A DNA stretch of 64,000 nucleotides from Macrostomum lignano. Taxonomy: Eukaryota. The DNA lies in NCBI GenBank assembly GCA_002269645.1, contig NIVC01002201.1, forward strand, positions 202,277 through 266,276. The letters run 5' to 3'. Position numbers and translations under genes: made by a program. Under the pieces are notes generated by a model that was not told where the DNA came from, searched no databases, and worked only from the letters and a program-made list of their open reading frames with translations. Of this stretch, positions 27,250 to 40,168 are shown one piece after another. Positions within the stretch are counted from its first letter, which is position 1. Each line of letters opens with the position of its first letter.

Positions 27250-27283
27250 AAGCGCTAACCTGTTATTATTAATTTCTCTTCAG
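27250..27283 (+). other. 3' splice acceptor upstream of the robo ATG (5' UTR intron or outron)
   Basis: Branch-like GCTAAC at about 27253, then ATTAATTTCTCTTCAG ending at 27283, 149 nt before the ATG. Confidence 0.45.
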
Positions 27284-27432
27284 ATTCTCTGATCGGTTGG
27301 TTGCAAAATCCAAAGAATCTGACATGTTCAATAGCATCGACTTTGTCTGATCTAGCGTCTTCAAAACTATCTGACGATAATACATTGATTGCGAGTCGAG
27401 TCGACAAAGGATAAAAAGAGAAAAGCAATATA

Positions 27433-30400
27433 ATGTCATTTATTGCGCTAATCGCCCTGTCCCATATGGTGATCGCTTCCGTATTGGCCGCATCTGGTAA
27501 CGACCCGGTCATCACAAATCCGCCCACCGCCATGTCGGCATTGCGCGGCACTTCTCTGTCCTTGACTTGTACGGCTGTTGGAGATCCGAAACCGCGTATT
27601 ACGTGGTACAATGCTACGAGTGGTCGTCAGGTTGGTGTATGATATTGCCTTGCTTTGAGAACTGCATTCATGTCATGTAGTCGCTTCCCATTAACATATC
27701 TGTAGGTTCAATATGCCATTTGAAAGCTTCAAATAGATTTACCATCTGGAAGCTTAAAATATCATCTAGAAGCTTCACATATCATCTAGAAGCTTCACAT
27801 ATCATCTGGAAGCTTCACATATCATCTGAAAGCTTCACATATCATCTGGAAGCTTCGCATATCATCTGAAAGCTTCACCTATCATCTAGAAGCTTCACAT
27901 ATCATCTGGAAGCCTCACCTATCATCTAGAAGCTTCACATATCATCTAGAAGCTTCACATATCATCTGGGAGCTGCACATATCATCTGGAAGCTTGACAT
28001 ATCATCTGAGAGCTTCACATATCATCTTAGAGGCTTCGCATATCATCTGGAAGCTTCACATATCATCTGGAAGCTTCACATATCATCTGGAAGCTTCACA
28101 TATCATCTGGAAGCTTCACTTATCCTCTGGAAGCTTCACATATCATCTGGAAGCTTCACATATCATCTGGAAGCTTCACATCACCTGGAAGCTTCACATA
28201 TCATCTGGAAGCTTCACATATCATCTGGAAGCTTCGCATATCTCGTAAAAGCACTAAATATCTTATGCAAGTTTGATACATCGTTCAAACAATGATTTAA
28301 CCACATCAATGAACTATATTAAACCTACCCCTAAACTGACAGGTACACTCAATGTCAGACGACCCAGTTCACAGCATGATCCACCTAGACAGCTCCGGTA
28401 AGCTGACCTTCCTATCATTCGAAGCCAAATTCGAGGGTCGCTACTATTGCAACGCCAGCAACGAGCATGGTTCGACTGTTAGCGACCCAGTCTGGGCTAG
28501 GATTGCTTACCTAAACGACAAGTTCCGCTCGGAGCCGCAGAGTAAATCGGTACCAACGGGTTCTACCATAGAGATTGAATGCGACCCACCAGATGGCCAG
28601 CCTAGGCCGGAAGTGTCCTGGCGTAAAAACGGCCAATCAATAGTACCCGAGGACGGTCGCATAGTTGTTATGGACAATGGCCATTTGCGCATAATGCGAG
28701 CCGGTCCATCCGACGCCGGCGAGTACGCTTGTCGAGCTAAAAATATCGCCGGCGACCAGCTCTCAGCGTCCGCCATCATCAGCGTCAAATCTAAGCCGGT
28801 ATTCCGCGTAGCCCCATCCGATTTAGACAGAATGCAAGGCGAGAATGCTACGTTTAACTGCGCTGCTGTTGGCGATCCGGCGCCTACGCTCAACTGGCGC
28901 AAAGACAATGGACAAATAGTAAAGTCGCGCTCGTTTTCCCATAGCAACGGTTCGTTAACCGTGTTTAATCTGGCCCCAACAGACGCTGGCAAGTACATCT
29001 GCGAAGCGTCGAACAGTGCCGGAACTAACGAAGCCTTAGCCACTTTAACCGTTCGTTTTAAGCCGGAATTTCGCGAAACACCGGTCGACCAAGTTGCCGT
29101 AGAAGGCCACCGAGTAGTATTTCGTTGTCGAGTAGTCGGTAATCCAAAGCCGAATATATTCTGGTCGCAGGATAAAGGTATGTACATCTTCCCCAATAAT
29201 GCGCCAAACGATGACGAGAAACTTCGCGGAGTCAACGTTACAACGGACGGATCTTTAGTGATCGATCCAGTTAGGCCTATTCACCAGGGCAAGTACGAGT
29301 GCCATGCTAATAGCTACGCTGGCAGTGTGCAATCCTCTGCCACGTTAACCGTGACAGCCAGAGCCGCTCTCGCACCAATCATCTCTGTCGGGCCGCAGAG
29401 TCAGTCAGTGACGCGTGGCCAAGATCTCCAATTGAATTGCGAACTTGATCTTGAATACCAGCGCGCTCACGCCAGATTTAATCCGCAAACCATCTGGTAC
29501 AAGGATAGCGTGCCAATTAGGAAGACAAATCGATTCCATGTTAACTATGACGGCTCGTTGAAAATCTACGAATTGCAACCGTCCGATCGGGGTAATTACA
29601 CCTGCGCTATTAAAGTTGGCGGCAAGGTGACCACTTGGCCAACTCCGGCTATTATCGACGTGGTTAATTATCAGGCATCGCCGGACGGTATGAATCGTCG
29701 CAGGCCAGACGTTAGCGACCTGCCGCGGCCGCCTCGGTCCATTGCTGTCACTGATAAAGGAGCAGATTGGGTATTGTTAAAGGTGACGCCTAGAAGTTCG
29801 CCGGCTGTGCCCGGTAGCGAACTGGTTCGTTATCAAGTTGAATATCTGTCGCACGATCTCGGCACTGGATGGCAGTTGTACCCGCATCTGTTCGAATCCG
29901 AGACGCTGAAAGTAGACGGTCTGCGCAGCCAGACGTCTTATCAGTTCCTGGTGCGCACCGTCAACTCTAGGGGCGTTTCTAAGCCATCGACTTTGTCTCC
30001 GCCTGTGCACACGGAGGCCGAGACGCCAACAGATAAATTTGGCTATTCGGAAATACCGCAACACCTGCAAAATATGGGCTACAAAGATTTTCGGCTGCAA
30101 GTAATGAAAAAAGATGTTGTACGCGTGCTATGGAAAGTTCAGGCTAGGCAGAACACTTTAGAATTGACGCACGGATTTCACATCAACTATAGAGTGGTAC
30201 CGCTGCACCGATGTATCGACGATAATAAAGTCTTTCAACAGTACAAGAATAGCCATTGCTCGTTGAAGAATGAGCAGCGATTAAACTATCATTTGCGATC
30301 GCGATTGGATAGGCCAGATACTAGAGCTAGTGATGTTGATGCTTCGTCCTCTTCTGCAGCTGAGGCCAGCTCAGGCGGCGGCGGTGAGCACAGTCCGAGT

Positions 30401-33400
30401 TACGCTCGACAACAGACTAAAACAATTAGTTGGCGTTATAATAAAAAAGCTGCAAGCGCTAACACGGTTTCCGCGACTTTGTCGGATTTGATGTCGTTCA
30501 GCTGCTACGAGGTGACTGTTGAGAATTTTAATAAGCAGGCTATGTACGGCGAAACTAGGGGCTCGCGATCGGAGCCGCACACCGTGCTCACCTGGGAATA
30601 CTTCCCAACTAAGCCGCCTTCGAATATCAGAGCTAGCTGGCTTAGCAACACTAGCCTATCATTGTCTTGGACTCCGCCGCCAGTGACTGATAGCAATGGA
30701 ATTCTTACCGGCTTTGTTATTCATTTGCGTGAACCGGCTTCAGTCAGGCAGTCGCAGCAGTCGTCTGGTAACTCAACATCTGGACTGGAATCTCGCCTAG
30801 TTTGGCGCACGATTAGTATTAACAACGGTAGCGCTAATAGTCACGTGATTACCGGCTTAGATCCTGCCGCAGATTACACTTTACACCTGGCCGCTGTTAA
30901 TTGTCAAGGCGAAGGAACTAGATCGCCGCCTCTGCGCATACCATCGGCCATTTATAGTTTGAGCGCGGCGCAGGAAAAGAAGACCCTATTGAAAGAGCCG
31001 TGGTTTATCTCAATAATGGTTATTGGAATATTGCTTTGGCTAGCAGTCTGCGCTGTAGTCATCTTCGCCTTCCGGACCCGATGCCTGCATAGAAAGAAGC
31101 CGTATTATAAGCCTTATAACAAGGGGGTCGGTGGCGGCGGCAGCGGCGGCTGCGGTTCTGTCGACGCTAGCGGCAACGCTTTTCCATTGCTAAGCAAGTC
31201 GTCTGGCGGTCAGGATGACAGTTCGAATGGCTCGCGATTCACTGGCGGTGTTGGCCACGGCAGCGGGCACCAGTTGTCTGGCGAACTGCACCAGCAGTCA
31301 CCGCCGCCTCCGCCAGACCTTCTTGATCAGCAGCAGCAGCAGCAGCATCAGAGCGCCGCTAACAAGAAGCAGCAGCAGCAGCAGCAACAACTATTCTCCA
31401 ACAGTCCTATGCATATTCATCATATGCAGCAGCAGACTCCGTTGCTGATGCTGGGACACGGCGGTCCTGTTGTTGACCAGATGCTGCCAGCGGCTCCGAT
31501 GCCGCCGCCAGCTACGCTGCCCTCGGTGGCGCCTGTAGCCACTCCGTACGCATCGGCCAGTCTGATTCAGAGCGCTATCCAACAGGACCGACGCTACCAG
31601 CAGGGTTCGTTATATTCCAACGCCGACGAGCCAGCTTGCTCAATGAGCTGCTCAGATTGTAGCGACATCTCTGACAGTACAGCCGCTGTGCAAGATCATC
31701 ACCAGCACCAGCATCAGCGCCACGTGATGACCTCTTCAGGCGGCGCTGTTGGCAATATTAACTTCCCTAGTTACAAGCCGCCAGCTATGAATATCTGCGA
31801 TTTCACGCCGCCACCGCCGCCGCTGTCTGATCTGGTTAGCGGTGGAGGCGGCAGCGGCGGCAGCAGTCGGTGTCCGTATTACACGGCCGATTATCAACAG
31901 CAGCAGCCGGCTTGCAAATCTGGCAGCCAGTCGTCTGAGTCTGGAGCGCCTAGTTGCTATGCTAATTGTGCTCCGGCTTCTACTCAACAACAGCAGCGGC
32001 TTGACAATAAGCTGGTTGTCCGACTAACTCCTGTCACTACTGTTGGTGTTGGCGCCTACGTCACCACGGCCTCCAATTCGTCGTCTTGTTCGCCTAATTT
32101 CGGTCCGCAAGGATTGCCTAATACGGCAACGACAGTGCAGCAGGGTCGCGGCGGAGTTATTAGTCATCATCATCATCCAGGGTGAGCTGTCTACTCTTTA
32201 TGCATATTTGATGCGGGATGGGTATTAGCAGCTGACGAGACAAAACATTGGGAGTTCATTTCGATTGCCGGGTAGATAGACGTGAAAAGGGGAGAGGGTA
32301 GAGGGGAGAGAAGGGGAGAGGGTAGATAGACGTGAGAAGGGGAGAGGGTAGAGGGGTGTGAGAATGGGAGAGAGTAGAGGGGTGTGAGAAGGGGAGAGGG
32401 TAGAGGGGTGTGAGAAGGGGAGAGGGTAGAGGGGTGTGAGAAGGGGAGAGGGTAGAGGGGTATGAGAAGGGGAGAGGGTAGAGGGGTGTGAGAAGGGGAG
32501 AGGGTAGAGGGGTGTGAGAAGGGGAGAGGGTAGAGGGGTATGAGAAGGGGAGAGGGTAGAGGGGTGTGAGAAGGGGAGAGGGTAGAGGGGTGTGAGAAGG
32601 GGAGAGGGTAGAGGGGTGTGAGAAGGGGAGAGGGTAGAGGGGTGTGAGAAGGGGAGAGGGTAGAGGGGTGTGAGAAGGGGAGAGGGTAGAGGGGTGTGAG
32701 AAGGGTTGAGGGTAGAGGATGAGCGGCAGGTTAGTAGAGTTGAAAGGAAGAGGATAGAGCATAGACCTCATAATTGGTTATAACAAAAGGCTCAGAATTT
32801 CAGTATGTCTAACAAAAAATGAATAATTAATTCTGTTCTAGAACTTTACAATATTTTACACAAATTGCACTTTAATCAAAGTGCTATAGTTATATTATCA
32901 ACTTAAAAGACCTGAAAAGCACATGACGCTTCGAAAATCTGCTAGTAATGTATCAGGATTATATTGATTATATTACAAAGTATTGTTTGTAAGCGTGATA
33001 AGGGCTCGTGCAGAAACAAAAAGATTTTACGATGTTTTATAATGCAACTTATATAAAAATCTCGGCGGAATTATTGCTGGCGCCACTGAGACGCGAACCT
33101 GTCAAGGGAAAAAAGATATTTAGACAGCTTAATTAACATTAAATTCTATCCTCTGGTCGGGGCTAGAGAGAAATTGTAAAATGACAGGCGGCTGTCTGGC
33201 TGGTTGACTTGTGGCCAGGTGCCCCTAGCATTAGAGACACTAGTTAGGGCGGCTTATAAAATATTTAGGCATCTGTGTGCATTTTTGGTTTAACATGGAG
33301 CTTCCTGTGCTTATAAAATTCTATTTAAATGTCCTTTCTGACAGTCTTATTAAGAGAAAGCGCTTTGAATATTTAGCTGAAAGTCAGCAAGCCGATGGCA

Positions 33401-33523
33401 GCTGAACTCAATGCCTGGATTTGGGAATCTTCTTTAATCTCTTTGTGGTGGCTGCTATTAGACTTAATCTCTGGCTTGATCTCTATGTCTGTCTGTCCGT
33501 CTGTTTATTCTGCCTGTTATCTG

Positions 33524-33594
<71 letters not shown>

Positions 33595-33654
33595 GTCTAT
33601 CTATCTATCCATCTATCTGTCTATCCATCTATCTGTCTATCTATCTATCTATCC

Positions 33655-33726
<72 letters not shown>

Positions 33727-34544
33727 GTCCATCTAAAACCAGCATTCAGCACTGCCATGCTTTGCCGGCCCCGCAGAAAAGAAATGACGCATTAAAAAGA
33801 TGCCGGCTGCTTACTTATCTTTCGCTTTTTCTCCGCACGTCCCGCTGACCTCGGCTGCTCAGCTCTTTCTTTGGGCACGCAATATTCGAGTGGGAAATCT
33901 CCTCATTTCTCACCAGAAGCGCCAGAGTAGCATCCCTTCTCTGTAATCCCGCCCGGTTCAGAGGGTGACTCTGAGGTCAAGACCATGCGCCATCGAATTT
34001 CCCTGCTCTGCTTCTCCTTGAGTACTCATTTTTTATTCTTCAGCGCGTCTCTCCCTCCCTCCGGCTTCTTCATCTCCGTCGTAAAAACTCGAGCATCCAT
34101 CCGGGCTAGAATAACTCAATCTCAAAGTCTGCTGCTATCGTACGATGCTTGCAGCGTATTAGAAGTGTCACCAGAGCCAGTAACTTAATTACGCCTGGCT
34201 GCAGCCTGCAATAAAAATTGAGATTCGAGATGAGAAGAAAGAAGAAGACAAGTTAGGATGAAAAACACTGGAAATAGGACAAAGCCGTTCACTTTTTTCA
34301 AGATCTTTTTAGGGGGTTACTTTCTTGTGCGGGCGGAGCTGTTCGTTTGGGTCAAGTGAGGCTAACTTTTTTTAGCACAAAAAGTTAATGAAGAGAGTGT
34401 TCGTGAATGCTAATATGCTGATGGAGCTGTGCGGATCTGCTCGGGATTGAAGTGGGGAATTGGCAATCTGGGATTTCAAGTGACTAAGGAGATTGACGCA
34501 CTAAGACAGATGGGCTGGTAGACACTGAAATACGAGTTGCAGAT

Positions 34545-34599
<55 letters not shown>

Positions 34600-37500
34600 G
34601 GCAGACAGACAGACAGGCAGACAGACAGGCAGACTGACAGACAGACAGACAGGCAGACAGACAGACAGGCAGACAGACAGACAGACAGACAGACAGGCAG
34701 ACAGACAGACAGGCAGACAGACAGACAGACAGACAGACAGGCAGACAGACAGACAGGCAGACAGACAGGCAGACTGACACACAGGCAGACAGACACACAG
34801 GCAGACTGCCACACAGGCAGACAGGCATAAAGACAGACAGACATACAGGCAGACAGACAGACACACAGGCAGACAGGCACGTGCAGGCAATCAGTGGACA
34901 GAGGCCCAGACAGTCCAGTCGCCCTGTCCGGCCATAAACATTCGCAAAGCTAAGCATTGGCAGTTAATCAGTCACCAAGCGATCGATCATTTTCTCAGCC
35001 TCCCCCTCCCCTTATCGCGGCCGCAGTCTGCCGCATGTTCCGTCACAATTTGTGCATCAATTTGATATCGTGTCGTGTGTGCGCCTGCCTGTCTGTCTGT
35101 GTTGCATCAGTTCGCTTGTTCCATATTTTACCCGGAGACAGCCAAGGAAATCAGACTTCCCAAATAGTGTAGACTGGCATAGATAGCGCCCGATCGTAAA
35201 TCATAAAGATTTTTTCTGCCTTTTTTATCACCTTTTGGTGCATCAGTGCACCAGAATCTTGGTGTAATCTTTCTGATCTGCCTCATCTGATGCAGCTTAT
35301 CGGCAGTAGTAGTATGATGGTAGTATTATGCTGCAATAGTCATTAATTATTGGTTTTACTGCAATATTATGCAAGATACCTGACTAAGAGAGAAATAATA
35401 AAGATAACCAGCAGATAACTATTTATTCCGCGTCTCTTGGGTAAGGTGGTGTGAGTGAGTGTTTTTTTTTACCCACCAGCACAGCTGGATTTGATTACGC
35501 AATCAGCTACTGTTGAGTGTGTGTGGTGAGGGGGGAGCATTCTGTGGACGTCTGACCTCCAGTCCCCCACTGTGCGGGTTTCTATGATGATAGTAAAATA
35601 AATTGCTTTTTTAAGCGGGGGTTGTGGGGTCAAACAAGTTAGTTGATTGTTCTCCTGTGGTTTCTCTTGTTTTGTGTGTGTCTGATTCATCCTCTAAACC
35701 ATTCCTCCCTCCTCTGCCAATCCTCTCTGATTCCATCCTCTCTGATCCCATCCTCTCTGATCCCATCCTCTCTGATCCCATCCTCTCTGATCCCATCCTC
35801 TCTGATCCCATCCTCTCTGATCCCATCCTCTCTAATCCCATCCTCTCTGATCCCATCCTCTCTGATCCCATCTCCTATCTGATCTCATCTTCTCTAATCC
35901 CATCTCCTCTCTAATCCCATCTCCTCTCTAATCCCATCTCCTATCTGATCCCACCCTCTCACTGATCCCATCTCCTCTCTGATCCTATCCTTTCTGATCC
36001 CATTCTCTCTCTGATCCCATCTCCTCTCTCATCCTATCCTCTCTGATCGCATTCTCTCTGATCCCACCCTCTCTGATCCCATCCTCTGATCCCATCCTCT
36101 CTGATCCCATCCTCTTTCTGATCCCATCCTTTCTGATCCCATCCTCTCTGATCCCATCCTCTTTATGATCCCATCCTCTCTGATCCCATCCTCTTTATGA
36201 TCCCATCCTCTCTGATCCCATCTTCTCTGATCCCATCCTCTCAGATCCCATCCTCTCTGATCCCATCCTCTTTATGATTCCATCCTCTCTGATCCCATCT
36301 TCTCTGATCCCATCCTCTTTCTGATCCCATCCTCTTTCTGATCCCATCCTCTCTGATCCCATCCTCTTTCTGATCCCATCCTCTCTGATCCCATCCTCTT
36401 TCTGATCCCATCCTCTCTGATCCCATCCTCTCAGATCCCATCCTCTCTGATCCCATCCTCTTTATGATCCCATCCTCTCTGATCCCATCTTCTCTGATCC
36501 CATCCTCTTTCTGATCCCATCCTCTCTGATACCATCCTCTCCGATCCCATCTCTGATACCATTCCATGTACACTTCACTGTGCCTTGCGGGTTGGCCCTC
36601 AAAGATTTTTATTGCACGATCATAGCGGAGCCGAGATTCCAATTCAGCTCCAAATTAATGTGACTGCACTTGGAATCGAGCCTGGGCCGCTGGCACATAA
36701 GGGCGCCGCGCTTGACCACTGGGCCACGTCTCTCTGATCGCATCTTTTCTTTTTAATCCCTATTCCTTGATCCCATATTCTATCAGCAGATCCCGGTCAC
36801 ATTCCAATTTCTCCCTCCGAAATTCTCTCCTCTCTTTCAGCCACTCTGATCCCAGGGCACTCCAATCCAATCAAATCAGTCACCTCTCGCTCTAGTAATA
36901 AAAAAGAAAAATCTAATTAACTTTCTCGCCAAATCTGTCATCATATCGCACGTAGAAAATAATATTAGATCAAAAACAATTTTTCTGTCGGGTGTCGGGC
37001 GTTAACTTGGCTAAGTAGCAGCCTATGATTGAATCGACATATCGACACAAGGAAATCGAGGCCTTTTTAAAAGCTTCGTTAATATCCTTCACTATATAAC
37101 ATAATTTTACTATTGCATATACAACTAATGTTGACCAAGGCTTCCTCTATTCTGGAGCATGCTAATAATTTACAAGCTGTGCGTGACTTCGGCGGGAATT
37201 TGCATGCGCATATGCAGTGTATATAGTGTAATCTAATAATGCTATTAAAACCGCAAAGTGATTGCGTAATCTGGGAGTAGGGGGTTCCAGTTACTTTATA
37301 GTAATCAATGCTCAGCAGCTCTGCTATGTAAACTGTAAATTGATTGGTTATTGGCGATAGTAACTACTACTATTAGTAAAATAAAGGCAATGGTCACTTG
37401 CAGTTTGTTAAATATAATTAGATAAACGAGATATACCGCTTCATCAGTTGAGGCTGAGCTCTGTCAGTTCCAATGCATATTACCAACACACGCGCATATT

Positions 37501-37776
37501 AATCCCCCGATTAATCCTCGCTAAATCTCTTGCGTAATTCACTTGTGCTCAGTTGCGCTAAACGATTATTGCAAGCTATCATTATGCGAATACGAACTGG
37601 CAGTGTTCTCAGTCTGTATTTCCAACTGGCGCAATTAGAAAGGATTGAAGAGAGACCTATAAATATAGTCCTAGGCACATTCAGAAACAGAGAGAGGAGT
37701 GAGATGTCAGCGACAGACTGAGCCAAACAGATATTGCAAGGCACTGACAGATAGCTACATGTACACCAAAGGATGC

Positions 37777-37807
<31 letters not shown>

Positions 37808-37956
37808 GCTAGACAGACAGAGACAGACAGACAGACAGCCAGACAGCCAGATAGACAGACAGAGACAGACAGACAGACAGACAGAGACAGAAAGACAGAC
37901 AGACAGCCAGACGGAGACAGACAGACAGACAAACACTAAAACAGACAGCCAGACGG

Positions 37957-37987
<31 letters not shown>

Positions 37988-39841
37988 GACAGAAAGACAG
38001 ACAGACAGCCAGACGGAGACAGACAGACAGACAGCCAGACAGACAGACAGGCAGACAGACAGACAAACAGACAGACAGGCAACAGAGCCAAATAGGGAAA
38101 CGGACAGACTTCATCAAGCTACCCTTAATGCTATAAATGTGAGAGCCAGTCTCCCACAAATGCCTCCAATCTCCATTCCGTACCCACCCGGATTCTTCAT
38201 CATTCCAGTTTCCCTGCCAGCTTCCCCCAGCAGCAGCAGCAGCAGCAGCAGCACATGCCGGGCCAGCACCATCCAACCATGTCGGGTCACAGAGACTCCC
38301 CGGCTCCGAGCAGCCTGCTTGGCGAGGCCGACTCCAACCGCTCCTGGCCTTCAAACATCAACAGCGATGTACAACAGCAGCAGCAGCAGCAACATCGACC
38401 AGACGGCGACGACCTACTCGAAGACGATGTCGACGATTGCGAATATGACGACGAAGACGACCTTGACGATGATATGGACGTTGAAGATGGCGAGTCTGCC
38501 GCTCAGCCCGCCTGTTCGACTAGTAGCAGCAGCAGCGAGGAAGGCGTCCACGAAGACGATGCTCGGAGGGGTCTGCAGCGACAGCCCCAGCATCGGCAGC
38601 AGCGCCAGCAGCGGCAGCAGCATCCGCACGGCGGCGTAAGTCTTTTTAACTTCAATCTCCAAAATGGCACTTCAATCTTCACAAAATGGCACTTCAACCT
38701 TCAAAAATTGCACTTCAATCTTCACAAAATGGCACTTCAATCTTCAAAAATGGCACTTCAATCTTCAAACTGGCACTTCATTTTTCAAAAATGGCACTTC
38801 GATCTTTAAAAATGGCTCTCCAACCTTCAAAAATAACACTTCAATCTTCAAAAATGGCACTTCAATCTTCAAACTGGCACTTCATTTTTCAAAAATGGCA
38901 CTTCGATCTTTAAAAATGGCTCTCCAACCTTCAAAAATAACACTTCAATTTTCAAAAATAGCACTTCAATCTTCAAACTGGCACTTCATTTTTCAAAAAT
39001 GGCACTTCAATCTTCAAAAATGGCTCTCCAACCTTCAAAAATGGCACTTCAATCTTCAAACTGGCACTTCAATTTTCAAAAATAGCACTTCAATCTTTAA
39101 AAATGGCACTTCAATCTTCAAACTGGCACTTCATTTTCAAAAATGGCACTTCAATCTTTAAAAATGGCACTTCATTTTTCAAAAATGGCACTTCAATCTT
39201 TAAAAATAGCTCTCCAACCTTCAAAAATGGCACTTCAATCTTCAAAAATGACACTACTAGCACCATAAATGGCACCAAATAGTCAAAATGGCACTAAAAG
39301 CTACAAAAGATGGCACTGGTTTGAAGTCCAAAAATATAAGTTCATCATGCTTTGCAGATCAGTTTATTTCCCTTAATACTTACTTCAGCATCCGCCTCAG
39401 CGTCATCATCAGCCGCAGGCGCCGGCTCACTATCTGCAGCATCACGGAACAACGCCAAACTACGACAGATTGTTCCATTCGAGCGGCGGCCCAGTCAGCG
39501 TCGCCGGAGGAGGCGGCGGCCCAGCAAGTCCTCTGGTTGGCGGTCCTTCTAGTAGAAGACGGCGGACCAGGCAACAGCAACAGCAGAATCTGCAGCAACA
39601 GCCGAGACCAGCCAGTCCGTACTCAACCGACTCAAACTATTCTGCACTACCGTCGGCGCCTCACCGACCCTATCCCAAGTCTGAGCGAAAGAAGCAGCTC
39701 CGCTCCTACGGCGCCGCTCCGAACGGCGTCAGCAACGGCGGCAACAATGCGTCGAATTCAAACCGGCGACCGTCGGTGCCCAGACAGTCGCATCCGCCGT
39801 TGCCGCCAACTCCGCCTCTGGATCAGCTGCCCATTGTGTGA
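27433..39841 (+). CDS. robo: Roundabout (Robo) family receptor: signal peptide, 5 Ig, 3 FN3, TM and cytoplasmic CC motifs; about 1638 aa from 4 coding exons
   Basis: Exons joined by hand: 27433-27630 (CAG|gttggt, phase 0), 28343-32181 (ctgacag|, GG|gtgagc, phase 2), 38209-38635 (cattccag|, GGC|gtaagt, phase 0; acceptor at 38220 is an equally in-phase alternative), 39389-39841 (acttcag|, TGA). Total 4917 nt, divisible by 3. Five Ig domains with C..W..D-x-G-x-Y-x-C motifs, three FN3, LLKEPWFI then a hydrophobic TM (~31001-31072). Tail has TPYASASLI (CC1-like), DFTPPPPP (CC2-like), [10 protein letters not shown] (cf. ROBO1 SPVSTDSNMS) and PPLPPTPP (CC3-like). Confidence 0.92.
27745..28242. repeat. 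20-bp minisatellite (TCACATATCATCTGGAAGCT) in robo intron 1
   Basis: Direct reading. Confidence 0.95.
32272..32715. repeat. 26-bp G-rich minisatellite (GAGAAGGGGAGAGGGTAGAGGGGTGT) in robo intron 2
   Basis: Direct reading. Confidence 0.95.
33520..33730. repeat. (TATC)n microsatellite
   Basis: Direct reading. Confidence 0.95.
34547..34880. repeat. (CAGA)n microsatellite
   Basis: Direct reading. Confidence 0.95.
35715..36560. repeat. 15-bp minisatellite (ATCCCATCCTCTCTG)
   Basis: Direct reading. Confidence 0.93.
36558..36730 (-). mobile_element. tRNA-derived SINE-like element
   Basis: Minus strand begins GACGTGGCCCAGTGGTCAAGCGCGG (A box) ... GGCTCGATTCC (B box-like). Acceptor stem does not pair and the anticodon loop is non-canonical. 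About 100 bp of non-tRNA body follows. Confidence 0.6.
37775..38080. repeat. (GACA)n microsatellite
   Basis: Direct reading. Confidence 0.93.
38650..39255. repeat. About 21-bp minisatellite (AAAAATGGCACTTCAATCTTC) in robo intron 3
   Basis: Direct reading. Confidence 0.92.
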
Positions 39842-40019
39842 TGGACATTTTTAGGATTTCCTGTTTCCCTGTTTTTACTCTGTTTCAATTCAATTTGATT
39901 TTCTATTGATTGACCGACTGACTGACCTTTGCTGCTCGTGTCAGCCAAATTTACTCATTTGGCTTCCCACTTCACTTAGAGGCTTGTCTTTTCCAATGCA
40001 GAGTTCAATTTAGTTTAGT

Positions 40020-40022
40020 TGA

Positions 40023-40054
<32 letters not shown>

Positions 40055-40055
40055 A

Positions 40056-40102
<47 letters not shown>

Positions 40103-40135
40103 TTGTCTGTCTGTCTGTGTGTCTCTCTGTCTGTG

Positions 40136-40168
<33 letters not shown>

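Noticed and set aside
28507-29235. 242-aa antisense ORF inside robo, and similar antisense ORFs at 29777-31990 and 37809-38662
   Set aside because: Shadow ORFs of GC-rich coding sequence with no recognisable motifs.
36660-36730. Functional tRNA gene
   Set aside because: Acceptor stem does not pair, the anticodon loop is 6 nt and the B box is altered; treated as a SINE head.
38650-39255. Shared GGCACT(T)CATTTT between the 21-bp array and the 25-bp array at 5958-7052
   Set aside because: Only about 11 matching bases in otherwise unrelated units 32 kb apart; chance cannot be excluded.
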